DNA from: Adineta vaga
Taxonomy: Eukaryota > Animalia > Rotifera
Assembly (NCBI GenBank): GCA_021613535.1
Contig: CP075495.1
Location: forward strand, 5,642,001-5,706,000
DNA: 64,000 nucleotides
Direction: 5' to 3'
Shown here: positions 52,001 through 63,779 of the stretch, in pieces
How positions within the stretch are numbered: position 1 is the first letter of the stretch
Layout of the letters: every line of letters begins with the position of its first letter
Program-made: the position numbers and the translations under genes
The notes under the pieces: model-generated
The model's database searches: none
The model's input: only the letters and a program-made list of their open reading frames with translations
Told to the model about the DNA's origin: nothing

Positions 52001-54985
52001 AAAGCACGTGGTGCAAATTTTTCAACCCATAATTCATTTGTATATTCATCAATAATTGACACATTTGTTTCCATTCTAAATAATCATGACGAAAATGAAG
52101 ATTATGATTTCTATTATTTACCCAACTTCTATGATCTCAGTTGATGGATTATTCATTGTTTTTGTAATTTCTTCCAGTTCCTAAGAAGGAAAATTTTTTA
52201 GGTTTTCTTTGTTTAAATTGAATATCTTTCTTACTTGACGAACACTTCTTTCAATCATTTCATCAACTGATACTTTAAGTAGACTCGTTTTTTTACCATT
52301 ACTCAACGAAAACTAATTGAAATTTGAATTAAAACAATAATAAATCAAAATCTTTAGAATTACTTTGAAACAATCATCATCGTCATCTCGTACTAATAGA
52401 TAATATCGTTCATTTTGATGACTTGTTAATACGACAAATGATTGATTTGGTATTTGAGAATGATATCGTGTTGCTAAAAGAAATAGAAGATTAAGAAATT
52501 CTCTCAACATTGGTTTACATACGTATGACTTTTTGTTTTTTAACTGAAGTTCTTTCCTTGATTTTCATAATTTCATCATCTTTTTCAACATCATTATCAT
52601 CATCATCGAACAAACGTTTTTTACAATCGACTAATCAAATCAAATTCAGTAGATAAAACAAAAAATAGGATTTTTCCCATTTACTTTGGATTGATGATCC
52701 ATTTGCTGTAGTTCCAAACATCTAGAAGTAGGGAATAAAAGCACATTAATATATGAGTCATGATGAATCAAAATGAAATTTGATCAGACATTTTCTAATC
52801 ACTATAACAATGATAAGAAGATACATCTTTCTCGTATAAAAAACGTTCTCCACGTCCATAACACTTCGCATTCGAAACAATGAAACAATTTGGCCATATA
52901 CTTCTGTTCGTCTTTTCTATTATTTTTATTCAATCATCATCATGTAAGAAAAATAAGGAGAACCAATCAGTTAAATCTCAAGAAGATGCATATACTTGGC
53001 TTGGTAAATATGGTTATAATCCATGCCATAATTCCGATGTTCAATGTAGTATAAGTATTAAAAGTTTATTACAAGAATATCAAAAACGTTTTCATCTAAA
53101 AATGACTGGAACTTTGGACGAATCAACAAAAAAACATATGAATCGTCCTCGTTGTGGAAATAAAGATAAAGCAATTGCAGAATTAAATACGGCGAGTCAA
53201 TTAAACAAATATATATGGAAACGTTCATCATTAACTTACTCTTTACGTAGTTTTCCAACAGAAATTAATGAAGCAGATACAAATCGTATTATTCGTGAAG
53301 CATTCGATGCTTGGCTTGTTCACATTCCTTTAGAAATCAAACAAGTTTGTTCAACATGTCAAGCAGATTTTGTTCTTGACTTTGCACGAGCTCAACATAC
53401 AGACACATATCCATTCGATGGTGTTGGTGGAACATTAGCACATGCTTTCTTTCCTGAAGATGGTCGAGTACATTTTGATAAAGACGAAACATGGACAGAG
53501 AAGTAAGAAGATTTATGTTTTTCTAGGGTTTAAAAAGTATTGAAATCTGATCTTTGATAAATCGATGTTCTTCAGGTACAAGTTCTATGCTTTAATAACT
53601 TTATCGAGGTAATAGAAAGATGAATCATTCGGTAAGAGATCAGTTTCGATTTACATCGAGAGAGCAAAATAACTTTTTTAATCTTTGTTCTTTACTCAAA
53701 CCGTAAGTGTTTAGTTGAGATTAAAAAGAAAGAAAACTATACTATCAGTTCTAGTCTCTCTTATTCTAATCGAACTAGTTTAAGTAATCTTTCTATTTTT
53801 CTAGGTTCGATGGAACTGGTACAAATTTATATTTGGTCGCTGTCCATGAGATCGGTCATGCACTAGGTGTAGATCATTCGTACAATGAAAGATCAATTAT
53901 GTATCCTTCCTACCAGCTAATGCAAAAAAGCAATATTCTTCCTCAACCTGATCGAGATGATATTCAAAGTATGTATGGTAAAAAGCAGTCCTCACCCGTA
54001 AGAACAACAACGACAACAACAAGCCCAACGAGAAGACCAATTATAACTACTGCAACAAGAAGACCAATTATTACTACTACAACAAGAAGAAGTATTATCA
54101 CAACAAAACCTTCGGTTAGAGTACCATCAGGAGATTCACATCCTCGCTGTCGTCGTTATCTCGATGTTGCTTTCGACCATCCTGATGGAACATTACATAC
54201 ATTCGATGCTGGTGTACTCTGGCGTTATTTACCAGATCAACATCAATGGGATAGTCGAACATCGACCTTTCAACAAGCTTATGCACATTTACCGAAACGA
54301 CTCTCAGGTGGTGTTTATGATCGAAACAGAAATGAAGTCATTTTCTTTGCCGGTCGTACTGTTTATCAATATAAGATTGACGATCGAAATCTGGCAAAAT
54401 ATCGAGATGAAAAAAGTCTTCCAAGAAATTTACAAAATTCTGTAGTTGGTGCCATATATTACCAACGAGCAATTCATATTATTACATCAAAAACCATTCG
54501 TTTATTTGAAATGGATAAAGGTTATCAACAATCAGATGAACGAGATCTTAGTGAAGAATTTCCACGTTTTACTGGTACGGTTACAACTGCATTTAGTTAT
54601 GGAGATTTACATCATTTCTTTACATCTGATCGACTTGTTTATGTTTGGGATGAACGACTAGGTAACTGGAAAACATTTGGTGAACCTATGGAAACTGGTT
54701 GGTTTGCTTGTTCCAATACAGCGACAAATCATCATCCGTACGGAATGCAAGCAAAGAAACCGACTCATAAATCTCCCCCTCGAGGTTCTCGTCATCGTCA
54801 CCATCATCATCATGAACATTTTGAATCACGATTGTAAAAAAAAATAAATCTCTCGAAATAAAATCAAAACAAAACTTGTGCACAATGTGTATTTGGTTTT
54901 TTTTTAATATAAAATAAAGCTAATCAACCATTTGAGATAAACGTTAAGAAAAGGGCGAAGAGAAAAAATAATGACGAAATACCAT
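49096..54985 (-). CDS. CHTF18: Chromosome transmission fidelity protein 18 (RFC-like clamp loader subunit)
   Basis: [123 protein letters not shown]. The main body starts at 52721; the ATG-only exon at 54983-54985 is inferred. Confidence 0.92.
52880..54837 (+). CDS. Secreted matrix metalloproteinase (M10A) with hemopexin domain
   Basis: Signal peptide, PRCG cysteine switch, DGVGGTLAHAFFP, HEIGHALGVDH zinc motif, SIMYP Met-turn, Thr-rich linker, hemopexin-like repeats; one intron 53503-53804. Confidence 0.95.
54028..54103 (+). repeat. Three ~27-nt imperfect tandem repeats encoding TRRPIITTx in the MMP linker
   Basis: TRRPIITTA-TRRPIITTT-TRRSIITT. Confidence 0.8.
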
Positions 54986-55089
54986 TTGCGACAAGACCAA
55001 AAAGAACGAATCGTAATTATTTGAAGGAGATCGGAATGACGAATATTATAGAAAAAAACTATGCCGTAAAATGCTCATATTTATTGATA

Positions 55090-56057
55090 TTATTGACTCG
55101 TTGCAGACATAGTATCATAGGATGGTGGCATTAGAATAGATGTATGCTCAGCAGTTGACCCAAGTACTGGATCAGTTTCTTGTGGGCTAGTAATGATTAC
55201 TGTTGGCGATGTTCCACTAACATTTCTTTGAGTATGAAGACCGGGTATATCGTCATCTTCCTAAATAGAGAAAAATAAACTTTTTCTATGTTTTAATTTC
55301 AACAAAATGTTGTCTCTTACTTGAAATGGTGAAAAGACATCACTTTCATCACGTTTATATTTGCCACAACAACGATTGCAACAAAAATTGCAACAACAAC
55401 CACAACCACAGAGACAACAAAAACCACCACCGAAACAACAACAAGTACTGATACATATAAATGCAAAAAGAATTTTCTTCCATCGAGGCATTTGTGCTAA
55501 TGCTTCCGAATATTCTAAAATGAATGTTCAAATGCATCGAAGAAATTAGAATGAAAATTATTTTACCATCGTTCATTCGACGCATTGCATCAGCAGCTAA
55601 AAGAATAAATATGTAATGTTATATAAAACAATTGATCAGACTAAGATGATAGATATGAGATAATTTCATTCTCATTTCTCATCAAACTTTATCACTTGTA
55701 TCATATATAAGAATGTAGAAGAATAAACAATTTTCGCATACCTCTTGGACCTAATTGATCATAAGTTGATCTTAATTTTGGATCAATCAAAACTTTATAT
55801 GCTTTATCGACTGCATGAAATTGAGCAGCTGCTTCGGGATCAGGATTCTTATCTGGATCTATAACAAAAATGAATACATACAGAGCATCCAGTACTTAAA
55901 TATAAAACTTACGTAAACGCAAAGCTGTTTTCCGATAAGCACGTTTTATTTCTTCATCTGTTGCTTGTGGCGTTATACCGAGCAGATCATAATAATTCTG
56001 TGATGAAGATCCTCCTGTTTTAGCTTGATCTGGAGAAGGTTCTTTATTGGTAGCCAT
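55090..56057 (-). CDS. DNAJC5: Cysteine string protein / DNAJC5-like J-domain protein
   Basis: J domain YYDLLGI...IKRAYRKTALRLHPDKNPD (HPD split by an intron) followed by cysteine string CCCFGGGFCCLCGCGCCCNFCCNRCCGK. Confidence 0.85.
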
Positions 56058-56226
56058 ATAGTAATATATATATGAATATATAAATATGTATTTATTTGTA
56101 ATTCCAATGGCAAAAGAAATATAATTATAAAGATCACTTTCTAAATCATGAATAAAGAATTTCGGAGTGGGGTAGTTATCTGAAAAAATAATAATCTAGT
56201 TTATATTTATATACATTTATTGTTTA

Positions 56227-56571
56227 TTAATCAAGATCAAGTTCAGTTTGATTAATAGTTTCAACATCAAAATTATTTGTAGGAAGAGTACAAAAACGTT
56301 TCCGATTATTTGTCAACAAATCTTCTGGTATATTGTCTATTGTAGAAACAGTAATTGTTGAATGTGTACGTTTGGATTGTTCAGTTTTTAAGGCTAGATT
56401 TCGTAAACAAACTTCTTCAATTTTTAATCGACCTAATTGATCTATTATCGAACGACGCATCGTTTGTAATCGTTCATTCCAATTAATACTTTCAGGCTTA
56501 ACAACTGACGTGTTCACAAGAGAATTAGATGGTTTATTTGCATAAAGTTTGACGCATTCAAGAAAATCCAT
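56227..56571 (-). CDS. SNAPC5: snRNA-activating protein complex subunit 5 (SNAP19)-like, copy A
   Basis: LQTMRRSIIDQLGRLKIEEVCLRNL and ETINQTELDL match the SNAPC5 motifs L..L...LHDQLNRLKVEELAL and INQT.L.L. Confidence 0.7.
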   Translation of the reverse strand: MDFLECVKLYANKPSNSLVNTSVVKPESINWNERLQTMRRSIIDQLGRLKIEEVCLRNLALKTEQSKRTHSTITVSTIDNIPEDLLTNNRKRFCTLPTNNFDVETINQTELDLD

Positions 56572-57760
56572 TAATTTGAAAGGAATAGAACGATTTAATG
56601 TGATGATGATTGTATGTAATTTCCATTGTTACATTTCTATTCGTTTTTAATTGAAGAAAAAATATGGCGAGCAAGTTATTTTCTTGCTAGGTGGCGCACT
56701 AACTCAATCCATTTAGTGTGTCAAAGGAAAATCGAATTCAATAACTGAAATTAGAAAGATTATCATATTGATAGTCATCAATAAAGCCATTCCATGAAAA
56801 TCATGACATACTAGTCTTGGTTTCACAACTTACAATTGAAGTAACACATCAAAGAACTTCTTTTCTTTTACCTTCTCATTAAATAAACCTGACAAACTTC
56901 CTCCGTAAAAATGTTTTCTTTTTCTTTAAGGTAACTTATTATCAATGATGAAATTTTTCTTACTTGTATTGTGTATATTATATTAAAACTTTCGAATTAA
57001 TGACAAAAAGCGATTCTGATTTGCATTATGCTTAAAAAAATGATGTCTTTATCGGTATCTAACAATATCAGGAAGATAGAATATGAGTAATATTTTGCAT
57101 TTCAGAAACGTTTCTCTCAATTATGAATAATTTAGATTAAAATAGAAGTATTGGGTGTTCGAACCTTATCTCAAAAAGTCATCAAGAATCTTAAACGAAT
57201 ACGTTTATCTTTTCTACGATATTTCTGTTAGAGAAAAATCCTTACTGTGTATAATTTACTCTGAAAACATACATATACGAAGATAACAAATCTAATCTTA
57301 CCTATTTCATACAAGTCCGTTATTGAAAAACTAAAAATGAAAACGTATTTAGCTGTTAATATTATTCAATTTTAATAGAAAAGAATTATTCTCCTTGAAA
57401 TGTCTACCATACCTGCTCTCTATTCTATTATCTCTGGTTTTTTTTCAATTTTTTTTCTCCGGAAGCGTCTATATAACTTGTGCACAGATGCGACATACCG
57501 GATCTTAATTAATAAGTTATTTGTAAAAACGATAATTTTACGTGAGAAAATTAGCATACGAACGGACATTTGTATTCGTGTTTTTATCAATGATAAAAAA
57601 GAAACTCTTAAATATTATAAAAACTATTAGCGTCCTCTACAACTGTGCATTATGGTTGCTGCGAATAATTTCACCAATATTATAGTAAGAAAACTTTTCG
57701 GTGCATTTTTCATATAATCTTGAGTGAGTGAATTTCGATTCTAATAATAATAATAAAATA

Positions 57761-58048
57761 ATGAGTTCGGGAAATACAAACTTTATTGATTTTCTTCATG
57801 ATCATTATTCTAATGGAACTACGAATGATATGTCTGACACATTAACTCGTCTTCAACAACATTTGGAACAACAACGAAAACTTGTTTTAAATGAAATAGC
57901 AACTGTAAAGAAAGAAGAAGAACAAATCAAATCTTTTGTACAATTAAATTCGACAAATCAAGAACAATTGTTTGATAATATTCATAAAAAAGATTCATTG
58001 ACATCATTAGATATTGAAGAAATAAATAAATTACCATTAGATCTTTGA
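57761..58048 (+). CDS. Divergent SNAPC5-like paralog, copy B
   Basis: Same architecture as copy A: N-terminal DFL, coiled coil LEQQRKLVLNEIATVKKEEEQIKS, C-terminal DIEEINKLPLDL. Confidence 0.5.
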   Translation: MSSGNTNFIDFLHDHYSNGTTNDMSDTLTRLQQHLEQQRKLVLNEIATVKKEEEQIKSFVQLNSTNQEQLFDNIHKKDSLTSLDIEEINKLPLDL

Positions 58049-58096
58049 GATCATCTTTTCCTTTTTTTTTCTTCTACTGTTATTATTCTTTTTTAG

Positions 58097-61000
58097 ATGG
58101 TTCAAGAAAAGGAAAATTTTGTTGAACAATCAAAACATACATCCTTCTATACTGGTGGACAATTTGCTATATCAAATGATGGTCAATATCTATTATGTAC
58201 TTTTAATGCACTAATTCATATTCTTGATATTCAAACTCAACATATTGTTCGTTCTATTGGACAAGATGATACATCATCAGAAGTAGCATCATTTACGATA
58301 TTTAATGATCTAATTGTTGTTGCTTATCGCAATCAATTATTACGTCAATTCAATTGGACAACAGGTACATGTCTTCGAACATGGAAATCAGTACATAAAA
58401 GTGCGATTACATGTATGACATTTGATCCAAATGGATCACTATTAGCAACAGGTGGAGCTGATTTTACAGTTAAAATTTGGGATGTAGGACATCTTTATTA
58501 TACACATAATTTGAAAGGATCGACATCAATTATTCGGTAACTGATACAAAGAAATTACTGCAATATAAACTTAGTTCATTCTTCATTTAGTGCCGTTCTT
58601 TTCTATACATCAGAATCAAAGAAAATTCATGTGATTAGTGGTTCAGATGATGGTCGAATTTATTTACATAATCTTCATGTTTCTGGTGCTAAACCAACGG
58701 TATTAGAAGGACATATGAGTACTGTTACTTCACTTGTTCTCAGCAATGATCATACTTTAATCAGGTAATATACTATTAACTGTTTATATTCATATGAAAT
58801 AAACAACAATTTCTTTTCTTTTCAGTTCTGCTCGTGATCGAGTTGTAATTATATGGGATCTTCAAACTTTATCATCAATTCGTACTATTCCTGTTATGGA
58901 AGTATGTTTAATTTTGAATTTTGTTTTTGTTTATTTACTAAAACAAACAAATCTTGGTCTTTTAGTCAGTTGAAACTCTCATCTCCTTACCATCTCATGA
59001 TTTTCTCAAACCATTCAAACTTAAACAAACATTCGCTTCTGATGAACCTTTATTCTTTACATTTGGTAATTCTGGTTTAATTAAACTATGGTCAGGAACA
59101 ACTGGTCGTTGTTTATTAATTCAAGAAGATAAAACTTATGAAAAAGTTACCAATACTTCATCACATAGTAAAGATATTGAACATCAACAAGTCTTTTTAA
59201 ATGCATATTTTAATGAAACTACACGTATGTTCTATACAAATACAATTGATCATAATATCGTTGCATTTAATATCAAGAAATTAAAATTAGAAAAACAAGT
59301 AAAGTGTTTCAAGAAAAAACTACAGACAATTGTTTACTTTCTTTTTTTTGTTTTTGAAGTTTATCGGTGAATTAGGTGATGTTCTTGATGTTCGTTTCTT
59401 GAATGGTAATGAAAATACTCCATCATATGTGGTCGTGGCTAGCAATGATGAAAAAGTGAAAATTTTCAATTTAAATACATGGCATTGTCAAATGTTAAAA
59501 GGTCATACTGATATTGTCATCGGTTTAGATATTAGTCATGATCATAGTCTAATTGCAACTTGTTCTAAAGTTTGTTTGAAAATTTTAATAGTAAAATGCA
59601 TTTATAAAAGAATAATGTATATAGGATGATATCATACGAATTTGGTCATATGATGTTGATAAATCATTATTTTCTTGTGTTGCAATGGCTGAAGGACATA
59701 CGGGTGATGTTGCAGCGATAGCATTTGCAAAGTTTGTAAACAAATTGAATTGACATCTTCATTAAAGTTTATTGTTCTCTTTTTTCCTAGAACTTCCAAT
59801 GCGTTCATTGTATCGGGTAGTCAAGATACAACTGCCAAAGTATGGTCATTAGAAAATTTAATATTAGATAATGATGAAATAAAGGAGCCACAAAATCTTT
59901 CATCTATATTTACATTGAAAACACATGATAAAGAAGTTAATAGTGTAGCAATTTCATTCAATGATAAACAATTTGCCACTGGTTCAGCAGATAAAACGGC
60001 AAAAGTTAGTTGAAATTCATCGTTTGTAGATAAATATTTCTATTGAATGAACATTTAGATTTGGGATCTACGAAATCAAAAATTATTAGCCGTCTTATCT
60101 GGACATCGAAGAGGAATCTGGTGTGTTCAATACTCACCAGTCAATCCAGTAACTATATTGTTCTTTCTTTGTGATAAGAAGAAATAAATCGTATTGCCTG
60201 TTTTTTCTAGGAATTAGCTACTGCTTCTGCTGATGGTTTAATTAAAATATGGTCAACAAAAGAATACAATTGTTTACAAGTAAAATACTTTTCTTTTTCT
60301 TTTTTGTTCACTGACGATGCAATACGTCTTATTTTAGACAATCGAAGGACATGATGCATCAGTTCTTCGAATCGTTTATTTATCAATGGGTACACAAATT
60401 ATCAGCAGGTAATTGTTTTGATATATTTTATATTCGAATTTGAATTCATTTTGTTCTAGTGGCTCGGATGGTCTTCTAAAATTATGGGATGTTAAAACCA
60501 CTACTTGTGTGAAAAGTATTGATGCTCATGATGGAAAAATATGGGGAATGGCAGCTTCGACAGATGAAAATCTACTTGTTACTTGTGCAAGTGATTCAAC
60601 AGTTACTATATGGCGTGTAAGTTTCATTGATTAGTTATTCTTTGTAATAAATATTGTATTATCAGGATTCTACAGAAGAAGATCGACAAGTAAAACGTGA
60701 AAAAGTCGAAGAAGTTTTACTAATGTAAGTTGAAATATTTATTTTCATAAGATAAATTATTATTTATGAATAGGGAACAAGAAGTATCCAATTTATTAAT
60801 GAATAAGAAGTATCATGCAGCATTAAAAATAGCTTTGAATCTTAATCAACCTTATCGAACATTAACAATAATTAAAGGTAAATCAATCATGATAACTTAT
60901 ATAAGAATGATTCGATTTTTTCTTTTTTTTTTTGTATAGAAATTCTCAATGAAATTAATGGAACTGATCATTTAAAAGCTACTCTATTGCAATTTTCGGA

Positions 61001-61441
61001 TGATCATTTAAGTAAGCTTCTGATTAATTCGTTCGTTTTCAAACTATGTCATTTTAGATCTATTGTTTTCATATGTTATCGATTGGAATGCAAATACAAG
61101 ACATTCAACTGAAGCACAAATTGTTATTAAAATGTTATTAAGTATTTTGACACCAGATCAAATTATGAAACTTCCAAATGGACAAAAATGTGTTGAAAGT
61201 TTATTACCTTATACAGGTAAAATGATAATCTTTACATATTCTATCGCTTATCTATCATTTTTAGAACGACATATGTCTCGTATTGAACGACTTTCACAAC
61301 AAGTACTTTTTCTTGATTTTAGTTGGCATTCAATGAAATATCTAGATCAATCAAAGTAAAAATTTGATTCCATTGATCGCTTTGATATTATGCCTTTTTA
61401 TTTTTAGTCCGTTATCTTCCGATGAACTACAAACCACATGA
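58097..61441 (+). CDS. TBL3: Transducin beta-like 3 / UTP13 WD40 protein
   Basis: FYTGG, RTWKSVHKSAITCMTFDPNGSLLATGGAD, HDKEVNSVAIS.NDK.FATGSADKTAK, GHRRGIWCV, and the Utp13 C-domain DWNANTRHSTEAQ...ESLLPYTERHMSRIERL. Confidence 0.95.
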
Positions 61442-61832
61442 TTTATGTTTAGTTTTGTTTTTTGTTTTGTAATTGCCATGCAATGATTTTTTTTTGTTGT
61501 CATTCAGAAAAAGAAAAAACAAAATAAAAGAGTTTTGTTTTGTCGGAAGAACATATGAGATACATATAAGATTCCAATGAATGAGTTGTATAACCAATGA
61601 ATAGAGTATGGCGCTACTGTGTATGTTAATATATGCTTAAATAAGACTCGATGAAGTTAATAGAAAAATGACGACATCTGTGGGAATGCAAGTATTTGAC
61701 AAAAGAAAAAATAAACAATTTGTTTATGTCGTATTTCGAGATTTATTTCCAAGTAGTTCGCAATAAATTATTATGAATTCTGTTTCTTTTTGAAGATATT
61801 GTTCTTGAAATTTGTATAAGAGATATATTCTT

Positions 61833-63779
61833 ATGGCTACCAACTTCTTTCGGGATAGCAACCAGCATCAATCAACACCAGTGCCAAATTCTCCTGGTAT
61901 TAATGATTCCAGTCACAATCAAAAGGATCTAGTTAGTAAGTATATCAGAATACATAACTAAGCACGTCTTTTTCATTGTAATAGATTGATACTATTATAA
62001 TATTTTTCTTTAGAAACACCTAGTTATTATAAACCAGACGGTCCATCTTCTACTCAAACATCGGAATTATCAGGTAACGAAATCATTTTACTTGATCTTC
62101 AAAGTTTTACCTTATTCAATAAATTTCCCTAAAGGACCTATTGATACAAATGGTACCGGTGAAATATCTAACCAGACAAATTTAATTGGTAAAACAATTC
62201 TACTCAATGATCAACAGTGTTATATCAAAGGAAAGTTTTTGTGTGGTACAGAAAATTTGTATGCATTAGAAAGTGAAAAACCAATAAGAGGATACAGTGG
62301 ACACTGTCCTAAATGTAATCAGATGCATGTGGTATTCAATGACGCAAATAGAGGATTTTATGCTTCGGTCACAAGTATTCATGATCATGTACAAAAACAA
62401 AAGCTAAATAATGAACGTTTAAAAGGTCGAATAACAACTGATCAACTACCTACTGTGAAAAATAACTTACCTCCACTTGATCATCCGATATTAGGCAAAA
62501 ACAAAGGTATCGAAGGGGACTCTAATTCATGCTACATGGATGCAACCATCTTCTGCATGTTTGCTTACAATGATATATTTGATATTCTATTACACATGGA
62601 TGTTCGATCAACTGAATTACAAAAACTACAAACAATATTACGTGAGAACATCGTTTATGTACTTCGTGATAAGAACAACGGTTTTGTTAAACGTATGATC
62701 ATGTCAGAACTTGTTTCTTGTTTCAAAGAATATCTTTGTATGAGTAGGTGATGCTCTTTTCCATCTTCGTGCTCAACTAAGTGAAGCTACGCATGATTCA
62801 TCATTCAAAGAGATGGAAAAAGATCCAAGTGAATTTTTACGATCCTTTGAACAGCTTTTTAGTTTTGCTCCACTCAAAACTATCGTACCTGACCAATCAC
62901 CGAAACCAGATGGATCAAATATCACAACAAATATTATTTGTAAGTCTAGTTTATTCTTAGTATTCATTTGAGATTTAAATTTTTTTCATTTTGTTTCTAA
63001 CAGGGGAAATGTTTGATGCTAATCCATTTAATTTACCATCAACAAATATTGCAAGTATTTTTCGTAACTCACTTTCGGAAATTCCAGCTAAACTAGCAAT
63101 GATTCCACCTTTTCTTGTATTGATGGCACCGCGTCATACACGTTCACAACGTTCATATCGTTATATCATACCTGATCGACAAATCACTCTTGATAATGAT
63201 ATTGTACAATTAGTGTGTCTTCGATGCAACGAAACAAATCATGATAAAACAACTCCGAGTGATTTCTTTTTCTGTTCTGACTGTTATTCAAAAGAATCGA
63301 ATATTAGACCAACAACTGAAGCTACAATAGTATGTTACTGTAACAAATGTATAAGAAAAGATTTACATCCATCATCATCATCTGATACATGGCATAGTCA
63401 CGATTTACGCAAGATTGATATTAAGAAACATAAACTGAATTTGTTCGCTGTATTATGTATTGAAACAAGTCATTATGTTGCTTTTGTCAAATGTCAAAAT
63501 CGTAGTGTACAACAACATCAATGGTTATTTTTTGATAGTATGAGTGATCGAAAGTATGATGAACAGAATATATCTCTTGTGGATAAGGTTCCAGATTTTG
63601 AACGATGGATTGATGATGCCGAACGAGATACAGATCGTTTTTTTACTGATTTGGACGATCGTCGACGACAAGCGAGACCTACATCGCAAAAGTTTGATGA
63701 ACATGGTATGCGACAATTACGTTTATTTCGTGATGGTGCTTTTTTCTTTTATGAAAATTCCAATGTAAACTATCAATAA
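61833..63779 (+). CDS. CYLD: CYLD-like ubiquitin-specific protease (short form)
   Basis: GKNKGIEGDSNSCYMDATIFCMF (Cys box), EKDPSEFL, B-box-like Cys/His insert, LFAVLCIETSHYVAFVK, WLFFDSMSDR. Confidence 0.85.

Noticed and set aside
56820-56845. Spliced-leader RNA gene candidate (CACAACTTACAATTG)
   Set aside because: Only a short partial resemblance to a rotifer SL exon, with no properly placed donor or Sm site; no SL RNA gene was found in the window.
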